Assembly (NCBI GenBank): GCA_951406725.2
Contig: OX597814.1
Coordinates: forward strand, 15,686,001 to 15,750,000
Origin: Octopus vulgaris
Lineage: Eukaryota
Direction of reading: 5' to 3'
DNA: 64,000 bases
How positions within the stretch are numbered: the first letter of the stretch is position 1; each line of letters begins with the position of its first letter. Shown here one piece after another: positions 14,874 through 25,779 of this stretch. The notes under the pieces are model-generated. The model saw only the letters and a list, made by a program, of their open reading frames with translations, searched no databases and was not told the DNA's origin. The position numbers and the translations under genes were made by a program.

Positions 14874-15057
14874 AAGGCGGCGAGCTGGCGGAAACGTTAG
14901 CACGCCAGGCGAAATGCTTACGAGTATTTCGTCTATCTTTACGTTCTCAGTCCAAATTCCGCCGAGGTCGACTTTGCCTCTCATCATTTCGGGGTAGATA
15001 AATTAAGTACCAGTTGAGTACTGGGGTCGATATAAATCGACTAGCATTCCCCTCCCC
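14874..15057 (+). mobile_element. SINE family C
   Basis: Head aaggcggcgagctggc plus the core. Confidence 0.8.
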
Positions 15058-15175
15058 TCAAAAATGTATGTATGTATGTATGTATCTATGTATGCATGTA
15101 TGTATGTTTGTATTTATGTATGTGTGTATGTAGGCACGTGTCTGTACGTATGTATTTGTGTATGTGTGTATGTAT

Positions 15176-15577
15176 AGGCGCAGGAGTGGCTGTGTGGTGA
15201 GTAGCTTGCTAACCAACCACATGGTTCCGGGTTCAGTCCCACTGCGTGGCATCTTGGGCAAGTGTCTTCTGCTATAGCCTCGGCCCGATCAAAGCCTTGT
15301 GAGTGAATTTGGTAGACGGAAACTGAAAGAAGCCTGTCATATATATGTATATATATATATGCGTGTGTGTATGTCTGTGTTTATCCCCCTAGCATTGCTT
15401 CACAACCGATGCTGGTGTGTTTACATCCCCGTTACTTAGCGGTTCGGCAAAAGAGACCGATAGAATAAGTACTGGGCTTACAAAGAATAAGTCCCGGGGT
15501 CGATTTGCTCAACTAAAGGCGGTGCACCAGCATGGCCGCAGTCAAATGACTGAAACAAGTAAAAGAGTAAAAGAGAG
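15176..15577 (+). mobile_element. SINE family A
   Basis: Full-length copy. Confidence 0.85.
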
Positions 15578-15944
15578 TATGTATGTATGTATGTATGTAT
15601 GTATATATGCATGTATGCATGTATGAATATATTGTGCCAAGGGCTCAATGTTAACCTGGTGTTAAGTAACAGCATAGCAACCACAGCAGCAGTAGTAGCA
15701 ACGGCAACAACAGCATCTGCAGCAGCAACAATAATGCATACATTCATACACACATATGTACATACATGCATAGATATACACACAAACATACTGTCTGATA
15801 ATGAAAATAGCTTATCTAAAACCTTTGTTTGACTTCCTAAACCTTAGTGACCTAATGTAAATCTGATAGCTGTAACGGAATTCTTGTTCATACTTATACA
15901 TACATACTCACATACACACCGTAAATCCATTATATATATATATA

Positions 15945-16089
15945 TCATCATCATCATCATCATCATTTAGCGTCCGCTTTCCATGCTAGCATGGGTTGGA
16001 CGTTTCAACTGGGGTCTGTGAAGCCAGAAGGCTGCATCAGGCCCAGGCTGATCTGGCAGTGTTTCTATGGCTGGATGCCCTTCCTAACG

Positions 16090-16093
<4 letters not shown>
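15945..16093 (-). mobile_element. Retroposon 3' fragment with (ATG)n tail
   Basis: (cat)n-ttagcgtccgctttccatgctagcatgggttggacg..ggctggatgcccttcctaacgcca, resembling an RTE-related tail. Confidence 0.5.
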
Positions 16094-16161
<68 letters not shown>

Positions 16162-16165
<4 letters not shown>

Positions 16166-16556
16166 CGTAGGAGTGGTAAGTAGCTTGCTTACCAACCACA
16201 TGGTTCCGGGTTCAGTCCCACTGCGTGGAACCTTGGGCAAGTGTCTTTTACTATAACCTCCGGCCGACCAAAGCCTTGTGAGTGAATTAGATAGACGGAA
16301 ACGGAAGGAAGTTCGTCGTATATATGGATGTGTGTGTATATGTTTGTGTATCTGTGTTCCCCCCCCCAACATTGCTTGACAACCGATGCTGGTATGTTTA
16401 CATCCCCGTAACTTAGCGGTTCGGCAAAAGTCACCGATATAATAAGTAGTAGGCTTACAAAGAATAAGTCCTGGGGTCGATTTGCTCGACTAAAAGCGGT
16501 GCTCAGGCATGGCCACAGTCACATGACTGAAACAAATAAAAGAATAACAGAATAGA
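16162..16556 (+). mobile_element. SINE family A
   Basis: Near full-length copy. Confidence 0.85.
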
Positions 16557-16569
16557 ATATATATATATA

Positions 16570-16775
16570 GAGGCGCAATGGCCTAGTGGTTAGGGCAGCG
16601 GACTCGCGGTCGCAGGATCGCGGTTTCGATTCTCAGACCGGGCGTTGTGTGTGTTTATTGAGCGAAAACACCTAAAAGCTCTACGAGGCTCCGGCAAGGG
16701 GTGGTGATCCCTGCTGTACTCTTTCACCACAATGGCGGTGCCCCAGCATGGCCACAGCTCAAGAGCTGAAACTGG
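16570..16775 (+). mobile_element. SINE family B head fused to a family-A-like tail
   Basis: Head as in family B, then ggcggtgccccagcatggccacagctc..ctgaaac. Confidence 0.7.
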
Positions 16776-16792
16776 AAAAACAAAACAAACAA

Positions 16793-16829
<37 letters not shown>

Positions 16830-16831
<2 letters not shown>

Positions 16832-17237
16832 TCTTACTCTTTTACTTGTTTCAGTCATTTGACTGCGGCCATGCTGGAGCACCACCTTTAGTCGAGCAAA
16901 TCGACCCCGGGACTTATTCTTTGTAAGCCCAGTACTTATTCTATCGGTCTCTTTTGCCGAACCGCTAACTTACGGGGACGTAAACACACCGGCATTGGTT
17001 GTCATGCAATGCTAGTGGGACAAACACAGACACACAAATATATACACACACACTTATATATATATATACATATATACGACAGGCTTCTATTTGTTTCCGT
17101 CTACCAAATCCACTCACAAGGCATTGGTCGGCCCGGGGCTATAGCAGAAGACACTTGCCCAAGATGCCACGCAGTGGGACTGAACCCGGAACCATGTGGT
17201 TGGTAAGCAAGCTACTTACCACACAGCCACTCCTGCG

Positions 17238-17241
<4 letters not shown>
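16830..17241 (-). mobile_element. SINE family A
   Basis: Full-length copy in (TA)n. Confidence 0.85.
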
Positions 17242-17283
<42 letters not shown>

Positions 17284-17381
17284 TGTGAGAAAGAGAAAGA
17301 AAGAGAGTGTGTATGTGTGTGTGTATATATATGTATACATATATATATACATATATATATATATATAGAGAGAGAGAGAGG

Positions 17382-17697
<316 letters not shown>

Positions 17698-18092
17698 TAT
17701 GTCTGTATATTTAAATATAAATACATATAGGAGTATTTGATTAAAGTTACGATGTCTAACGTTTGTTGTCTGTATATATGTGCAAACATAGAACAGCGTT
17801 AACTGACATATTTTGTCTGTGAGAAACTTCTCTTAACAGACTTTGTGTTTTTCAAACAAAGAGCTTGCTCAGATTATCGACGGCGAGTGTCTAAAGCAAA
17901 ATATTTCAGGGAGCACCGTTCTATATTTGTATATACATCGTAAATGTTATTTACACATAGTTATTTATATCTTTTATCTTTCACTTGCGTCAGTCATTGC
18001 ACTGCGGCCATGCTGGAGTACCGCCTTCAAAAGCTTTAGTCGTACGAATTGATACCAGTACTAATTAGTTTTTCTTCTTTTTTATAGCCTTT

Positions 18093-18507
18093 TAGGCGCA
18101 TGAGTGGCTGCATGGTAAGTAGCTTGCTTACCAACCACATGGTTCCGGGTTCAGTCCAACTGCGTGGCACCTTGGGCAAATGTCTTCTACTATAGGCTCG
18201 GGCCGACCAAAGCCTTGTGAGTGTACTTGGTAGACAGAAACTGAAAGAAGCTTGTTGTATATATGTATATGTATATGTATGTGTGTGTGTGTTGTGTGTT
18301 TGTGTTTGTTCCCCCCAAACATCACTTGCCAACCGATGCTGGTGTGTTTACGTCCCCGTAACTTAGCGGTTCGGCAAAACAGACTGATAGAATAAGTACC
18401 ACGCTTACAAAGATTAAGTCCGGGGATCGATTTGCTCGACTAAAGGCTGTGCTCCAGCATGGCCGCAGTCAAATGACTGAAACAAGTAAAAGTGTAAAAG
18501 AGTAAAA
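18093..18507 (+). mobile_element. SINE family A
   Basis: Full-length copy. Confidence 0.85.
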
Positions 18508-18645
18508 GAGCCTGGTACTTATTCTGTCGGTCGCATTCTCCGAACCTCTAGAGTATGAGGACTTCAACAAACCAACACTGGTTGCCAAGCGATGGTGCGG
18601 TGACAAGCAAAATGACACACACACACATACACACATGCACCTACG

Positions 18646-18688
<43 letters not shown>

Positions 18689-19356
18689 CTACAGTGTGAT
18701 GGCCAGCTGGCCTAGTAGCTCCGGTGTTGCACTCATATTCGCGAGATTGTGGTTTCACTTCTTCAACCGGGTGGTATGTTGCAATCTTGACCAATACACT
18801 TCATTTCTCGTTCCTCTGAAATCACTGCAACCTTTGGCGTATAGTACACCACGCCCCTGTTAAGGTAACATCCATTTCACAGAGAAACTGAGCTGTTGTG
18901 CAGCACAGATATATGTTCACTATGAGCAAACAATTTATGCCGATATTCCGGCAAGAAATTACAGAACCTCTTTTCTCGGACTAAGAGAGATTGCCATCAT
19001 TCGGTTACCATCTACCAGATCCACTCACAAGGGTCTGATTGGGACGGGGACTAGAATAAAAGTATATTGTAGGGATGCAAACCTCTTAGTACGCTGCCAC
19101 GCCTGCATCTCTTAGCACACTGCCACGCCTGCATACATATATACATACATACAAACGTACATACATACACACATCAATACATACAAACCTACGTAGATAC
19201 ATACGTACGTACGTACATACATACATACATACATACATTCATACATATGTACATACAAACATACTTATATACATACATAGGTACATACATACATTCATAC
19301 ATAGGTACGTACATACATATATACATACATACATAAATACTACGTACGTACGTATG

Positions 19357-19430
<74 letters not shown>

Positions 19431-19784
19431 CATACGTCCATACATACATTCTTACGTACATACATACGTACGCACGTGCGGGCATACATACATACATACG
19501 AAGTACATACATACATACATACATACATGTCAGAACCAGCAAGTATTCATACCTTTAAAAACAAGGAATACCGTTGAAACACCTCAATAAAAACATCAAT
19601 TTAGTGCAAACATAACAGACCTGATATTTTGTTGTGTGTCAGCTGCCCAGTGGTTGTAAATGTACAATCAAACGTCCAAGCAAAACAGAACACTTATGGC
19701 GAATTAGTAAGCAACTTTACAGCTCTTGTAACCTGACTGTGATTTCTCATTTGTATCTATTATCACAGATGCGTTGGGTTATCC

Positions 19785-19858
<74 letters not shown>

Positions 19859-19914
19859 ATATCAGTCTGTCTATCTATCTATATGTCTATCTATTTATCT
19901 ATCCGTCTGTGATA

Positions 19915-20092
19915 CACTATCCCTATTGATCGTTTTTTTCTCTCTCTCTTTTTATGATCCCTTTTGATCGAAAACCTACTTCTCTTTTTATCTTTTATTT
20001 TTATTTTTCTTTCTCTTTTCTCCACAAAAAGAAAAACTCTACTTTGTAATTTGTCCCCTCTGTGTTCAGCCCTGGGTGACTAATAAAGAAAC
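19915..20092 (+). mobile_element. Probable LINE 3' UTR end inserted in (CTAT)n
   Basis: Pyrimidine-rich UTR ending tttgtcccctctgtgttcagccctgggtgactAATAAAgaaa, with CTAT repeats on both sides. Confidence 0.45.
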
Positions 20093-20160
20093 ATATCTAT
20101 CTGTCTGTCTGTCTATCTATCGATCTATTTACCTATCTGTCTAAGGTGGGTAAAATTTCC

Positions 20161-20372
20161 GAGATCTATGGATGAGTTCTCCCCAGAGGTCTTTGTCCCT
20201 CATCACCACTGATGGTGCATTAGGTTATGTACCAACAAATTTGCACTAAGACCTAGAAATACTTGGTTTTACGGAGAAAAAAAAGAAAAAGAATCTGATA
20301 CAGATTCTCCAAATCTAATCTATTAGTGGTACAGTGAAGATTTGTAAGACATTCCAAAAATTCTCCATCTGA
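20161..20372 (+). mobile_element. Degraded C-terminus of an RLE-type non-LTR retrotransposon
   Basis: Remnant GALGYVPTNL..LEILGF..SISGTVKICKTF, typical of RLE-element C-termini. Confidence 0.5.
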
Positions 20373-20526
20373 GATTCTTAAGCGAATAGAGGCACATACT
20401 TGGGGTTATGCATCGACATTTTAACCGACAGATCAACTTAACCAAATATTTACAAACATGGGGAACTCAAAATGTCTTACCGCTGTGTTAGCGATCGGCT
20501 TGAATTCTCTCAAGAACTTACATACA

Positions 20527-20930
20527 TAGGCGCAGGAGTGGCTGTGTGGTAAGTAGCTTGATTACCAACCACATGGTTCCGGGTTCAGTCCAACTGCGTG
20601 GCACCTTGGGCAAGTGTCTTCTACTATAGCCCCGGGCCGACCAATGCCTTGTGAGTGGATTTGGTAGACGGAAACTGAAAAGAAGCCCGTCGTATATATG
20701 TATATATATATATATATGTGTTTGTGTGTCTGTGTTTGTCCCCCTAGAATTGCTTGACAACCGATGCTGGTGTGTTTATGTCCCCGTCACTTAGCGGTTC
20801 GGCAAAAGAGACCGATAGAATAAGTACTGGGCTTACAAAGAATAAGTCCCGGGTCGAGTTGCTCGATTAAGGGTGGTGCTCCAGCATGGCCACAGTCAAA
20901 TGACTGAAACAAGTAAAAGAGTAAAGAGTA
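20527..20930 (+). mobile_element. SINE family A
   Basis: Full-length copy. Confidence 0.85.
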
Positions 20931-21024
20931 AGAGTACATGCATGCAAACATACATATGTATAAATGCACACACAATCACACATATGAGGGTGTGTGTATG
21001 TCCTTGTGTGTGTGTGCGCGCGCA

Positions 21025-21068
<44 letters not shown>

Positions 21069-21070
<2 letters not shown>

Positions 21071-21360
21071 TGTGGTCACGTGACCGATCAAACTATCAGA
21101 TGTTGCTACACATCACTGGTCACAATGCGCTTCGCATTGTTTTAGCCTTCAAATGACGCCACCCCGCTGGCTAAGCGAGCTAGCCAACAGAAGAAAGAGT
21201 GAGAGAAAGTTGCGGCGAAAGAGTACAGCAGGGATTGCCACCACCCCCTGTCGGAGTTCGTGGAGCTTTAGGTGTTTTCGCTCAGTAAACATTCACACCG
21301 CCCGGTCTGGGAATCGAAACCGCGAGTCCGTTACCCTAACCACTGGACCATTGCGCCTCC

Positions 21361-21362
<2 letters not shown>
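21069..21362 (-). mobile_element. SINE family B, tail type 2
   Basis: Same head; tail cttagccagcggggtggcgtca..ggtcacg, as in 34797-35097. Confidence 0.8.
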
Positions 21363-21412
<50 letters not shown>

Positions 21413-21528
21413 ACCGGAGTAAACACATAAATGTGAAACAAGGTGGAAAAAAAGAGTACTCAAATACCAGTGGTAGAGTAATATGCTTTATTTAAAGCAG
21501 CAGAAAATTCAACAAAATTGAACAAAAC

Positions 21529-21566
21529 CTGTTACTCTGAGTTTCACGTTGCCGTTCATCGGACAG
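21529..21566 (-). ncRNA. Mirror copy of the hammerhead-like motif
   Basis: Exact reverse complement of 21580-21617. Confidence 0.6.
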
Positions 21567-21579
21567 ATTCTAGCAAAAG

Positions 21580-21617
21580 CTGTCCGATGAACGGCAACGT
21601 GAAACTCAGAGTAACAG
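21580..21617 (+). ncRNA. Minimal hammerhead-like ribozyme with CCGAUGA core variant
   Basis: ctgt CCGATGA acg-gcaa-cgt GAAA C tcaga G TA acag. Perfect stem I, stem II closed by a GNRA loop, short stem III. Confidence 0.65.
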
Positions 21618-21667
21618 GTTTTGTTGAATTTTCTGCTGCTTTAAATAAAGTATATATATATGTGTGA

Positions 21668-22051
21668 GTGGAGGCGCAATGGCCCAGTGGTTAGGGCAGC
21701 GGACTCGCGGTCGTAGGATCGCGGTTTCGATTCCCAGGCCGGGCGTTGTGAGTGTTTATTGAGCGAAAACACCTAAAGCTCCACGACGCTCCGGCAGGGA
21801 TGGGGGTGATCCCTGCTGTACTCTTTCACCACAACTTTCTCTCACTCTTACTTCCTGTTTCTGTTGTACCTGTATTTCAAAAGGCCGGCCTTGTCACTCT
21901 CTGTATCACGCTGAATATCCCCGAGAACTGCGTTAAGGGTACACGTGTCTGTAGAGTGCTCAGCCACTTACACGTTAATTTCACGAGCAGGCTGTTCCGT
22001 TGATTCGGATCAACCGGAACCCTCGTCGTCGTAACCGACGGAGTGCTTCCA
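21668..22051 (+). mobile_element. SINE family B, tail type 1
   Basis: Full-length copy. Confidence 0.85.
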
Positions 22052-22295
22052 CATATATATGTGTGTGTGTGTATGTGTGTATAATTCTCTTATATCCTTA
22101 TTCCTTATACTCTTTATCGTTCATGTCTATAAACATATGCAGAAACGTTTATCTCTTAAGCCTTTTTCTCCTGTTATTTAATGGTTTTTTGTGACTTGGT
22201 TTTATCTATTATTACCTTTTTTTTTACTTTTATCAGTCTTTTTTTTTTATTTATAATTTATTGTTCCATATCTGAAAAGCTTTATTTTATTTTTT

Positions 22296-22359
<64 letters not shown>

Positions 22360-22390
22360 CAGCAGCAGCAGCAGCAGCCGCAGCAGCAGC

Positions 22391-22451
<61 letters not shown>

Positions 22452-22452
22452 A
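22296..22452. repeat. (CAG)n/(TAG)n compound microsatellite
   Basis: Directly visible. Confidence 0.95.
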
Positions 22453-23169
22453 TGGTGTCGGTGGTGATAGAGGGGGATGATGGCGGCAGGTTTTACAGCC
22501 TTGTGCAACCTGGATGTTGTTATCTATGGTGATCTCTTTCAGAGTTGATGCCTGTTGTATAGGTTAATGTTACAATAAACGTTATAGATTCTTCCTACTG
22601 GTTAGTTTCTTCATATCTTCTCAACCCGACCTTAGATTTCAAACATATATAACTGAAAGGAATTCCCACTTTCTCTCTCAGCCTCTTCCCTCTCTCTCTC
22701 TCTCTTTCACTTACTCTCACTTTGTTTTCCTTCATTTTATTTTCTTTCTCATCTACCTCGTTCTCTTTACCTTTCTCTTTCTTATACCCTTTCATTCATT
22801 ACTGTCTTTTTTTTCTCCTTTTCCTTTTGTTTTGCTTTCTACCTCAATTCATCCATCCAATCAGTAAACGATGTGTTTCGGTTTTCCACTAATTTCTATG
22901 AAGCATTGAATGTTTATATAGTGACGTAGACAAAGAAGGAAGTTCAGATACTTTTTAAGAAATGGTCAGCCGAACAAAATCAAACGAAAGCTTAAAATAG
23001 AACGAAACGAAAAGAAAATAAAAACTGATGGAAAAAAATGTCATTGGAATTCAGCCATAAGATTATTCCGGATTGATATGATAAGCAATATTTGAATTTC
23101 TTTTCTTTGTTTATTCCCTATATTTTTCTATACCATTCGTATTTCTTTTTCTTTTCACATTATTGAAAA

Positions 23170-23602
23170 ATGTCAAGATCAAAGCGTAAACGGAGAGCTT
23201 GCTTAAAAGCGTACTGGTGTCTCGGATTGGTTTTACTATGCTTCAAGAAATTATTCATGTTTCTCTTTTCCCACGTTGGTTTAACGGGATGTGTGGTTGG
23301 GTACAGCATTCTGGGAGGATGGATATTTCGAGGACTGGAAGGCAACCATGAACGAGATATCAGAAAACAAGCAGAGAAAATGAGGGAAAAATATACATTG
23401 AAGTTACTAAAGTTTTCAGAAAATGAAGACAGTTTATCTGAAAATGATTTTGAGAATATTACTATTTTAGTTAAGGAATTTGAAGAGGAAATTGTGCACT
23501 TTACAGAATCAACTGGATGGAATGGACTCTATAGTGACAGTGAACTTCAGTGGTCATTTGCTGGTTCTCTGTTATTTTCTGTAACAGTAATTACTACTAT
23601 TG
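23170..23602 (+). CDS. Coding exon (probably first) of a two-pore-domain potassium channel, K2P/TWiK family: TM1, cap, pore helix 1
   Basis: ORF reads LFSHVGLTGCVVGYSILGGWIFRGLEG (TM1), a helical cap, then QWSFAGSLLFSVTVITTIG (P1 pore helix and start of the TIGYG filter). It is followed at once by the donor g|GTAAGT at 23603, phase 1 in the Gly codon. Confidence 0.92.
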
Positions 23603-23743
23603 GTAAGTAAAATCGATGTTTATTTATTTGTTTTGTTTTTTTTTTGTTTCTTTGTATTTTGTATTTTATTTTTGTGTGTGTGTGTGGTTTATGGCACTTG
23701 TAAATATAATGATTCAAAACTTTCAAAAATTGTCATTGTGTGT

Positions 23744-23786
<43 letters not shown>

Positions 23787-23883
23787 AAGAGGGAGAGAGA
23801 GGAAAGAAATAGAAGGAGAGAGACATATATATATATACATACATATACATATGTATATGTGCGTGCGTGTGTATGTATGTATG

Positions 23884-23936
<53 letters not shown>

Positions 23937-23949
23937 CACACACACACAA

Positions 23950-24007
<58 letters not shown>

Positions 24008-24342
24008 AGAGAAAGATAGACAGAGAAGGACAGAGATACATACATATATATATATATATATATGTATACCTGGGTACGTATGTGTATATGTGATGACCTT
24101 CAATATAGTATAGTGTATAGTAATACCATCAAACGTTAGATAACATTTAAAGAAGATAAATAACATGCCACGCGTGCATTATGTATCTAAAGAAGATACG
24201 AATTCCCTACTGGATGCTTTATTTATTTGGAACATAGATGTTCTTAACGGAATAACTTTTGGTGGTTTAATTTAGCCTAACTTAGTTTCTTGTATTCCAT
24301 GAATATATTATTGTTATTGTTTTTGTTGTTGTTGTTGTTACT

Positions 24343-24892
24343 TGAGTGTGAGAGCAGTGCAGGCCATCAAAGTGACACGGGGGGGGGGGTAGAATATACA
24401 AAGCCCATTATACCCACCATGACTACTCGTCTGATAAAGGTACACCACACACACATGCATCACAACCATATGTGCCTGACATTGTGGTCTGATATCAAGC
24501 TAAACACCGCATGACCTTGCAGGTGAGGCCCAGTTAGAATTTTCTTCAGGTTGGGAAGCCCAACCCACACAAAAGAAGTCCCTGAATAAGGTTCGTTTAA
24601 GGATATCGAACGAAACACCCATGCTTCCAAAGGTGAATTATTCAGATCCCAAAGAATTCCTCTCAATACATGGCTATGACGCTTCCCCACTACTCCTGCT
24701 CGGGATCTGAGATGCACATCGTGACATAGGAACATGTTCAACTGGTTAAGGTGAAGCAACTGACAAGCAAACCTGTGATATTGAGCAGAATATTTACTGT
24801 AGCTCATCATTTATACCAACACAAAACATGTACATGATAACACTTCCAATCAGTTAAGACCAGAAGCCATGAGAGTCACTGCCTGGTACTGC
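24343..24892 (-). mobile_element. Copy of the ~550-bp repeat
   Basis: Reverse-complement homology to 32648-33193. Confidence 0.7.
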
Positions 24893-25003
24893 AACAGTAT
24901 AATTTCTTCTTCTGCATTCTTTATATAAATCTCCTCACAGATTGTTATCTATATCTGTGATGTCCCCCACATCTATGTCCCTGTGGTTAATAAATGAAAT
25001 TAC

Positions 25004-25078
<75 letters not shown>

Positions 25079-25095
25079 CATCATTATCATTATTA

Positions 25096-25144
<49 letters not shown>

Positions 25145-25146
<2 letters not shown>

Positions 25147-25620
25147 GTTTGACTTTTGCCTTGTATTTGTATTTGTAAAAGTTGACTACAAGTCACATCC
25201 AGAGACCTCAAGAGACAACAAGTTGGAAGTTCATGTTGATGTTATGTCTAGAGTGTCATATATTTGGTTTTACACTTGGTATTGTTACAGAGAATGTTTA
25301 AGAAAACAAGAAAATTATGAGTTTGTTTTAAAATTTGACATTACATATACAGTATTTTACGTAGGATATGAGCAGTTACCATGAGCACTAGCTTTTGAAT
25401 TTCTGCCATTTTGGGGGTTTCCTGTTATCTGAGCTAGGTGGGAATCAACCCCTTTTGCTATCATTCTTGGGCACCTATGACAACAGGTGTTGTTTTAGTT
25501 TTGACGTTTCACATATTGCCAATTTCTATTTCAAGATCTTTATACTTGCTCAGTTTTTGGTAGGTCTTGACAGATACATTTATGTCGATTGGGACAGTCA
25601 TATCAATCAGGGGGCATGAT
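25145..25620 (-). mobile_element. 3' fragment of an RLE retrotransposon between (ATT)n and (ATC)n tracts
   Basis: Reads CPLIDMTVPID.NVSVKTYQKLSKYKDLEIEI. Its 3' UTR (acaagtcaca..agagacctcaagagacaa) recurs at 30168-30300. Confidence 0.75.
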
Positions 25621-25653
25621 TTTATTTTTTGAAGCCTTTCAGTTATTATTATT

Positions 25654-25737
<84 letters not shown>

Positions 25738-25779
25738 TTCCGATTGAATTGCGTTTTGTTTTATCTTCTGATCTGGACC

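Larger units (their letters stand above)
21412..21650 (-). mobile_element. Short Penelope-like pLTR fold-back fragment in (TA)n
   Basis: Arms 21486-21566 and 21580-21650 are inverted, with a 13-nt spacer and an unpaired tail at 21412-21485. Both arms carry hammerhead motifs; TA flanks. Confidence 0.65.

Noticed and set aside
21668-21745. tRNA-like sequences with A and B boxes
   Set aside because: They are SINE heads continuous with SINE bodies and TSDs, with no clean cloverleaf or terminator.
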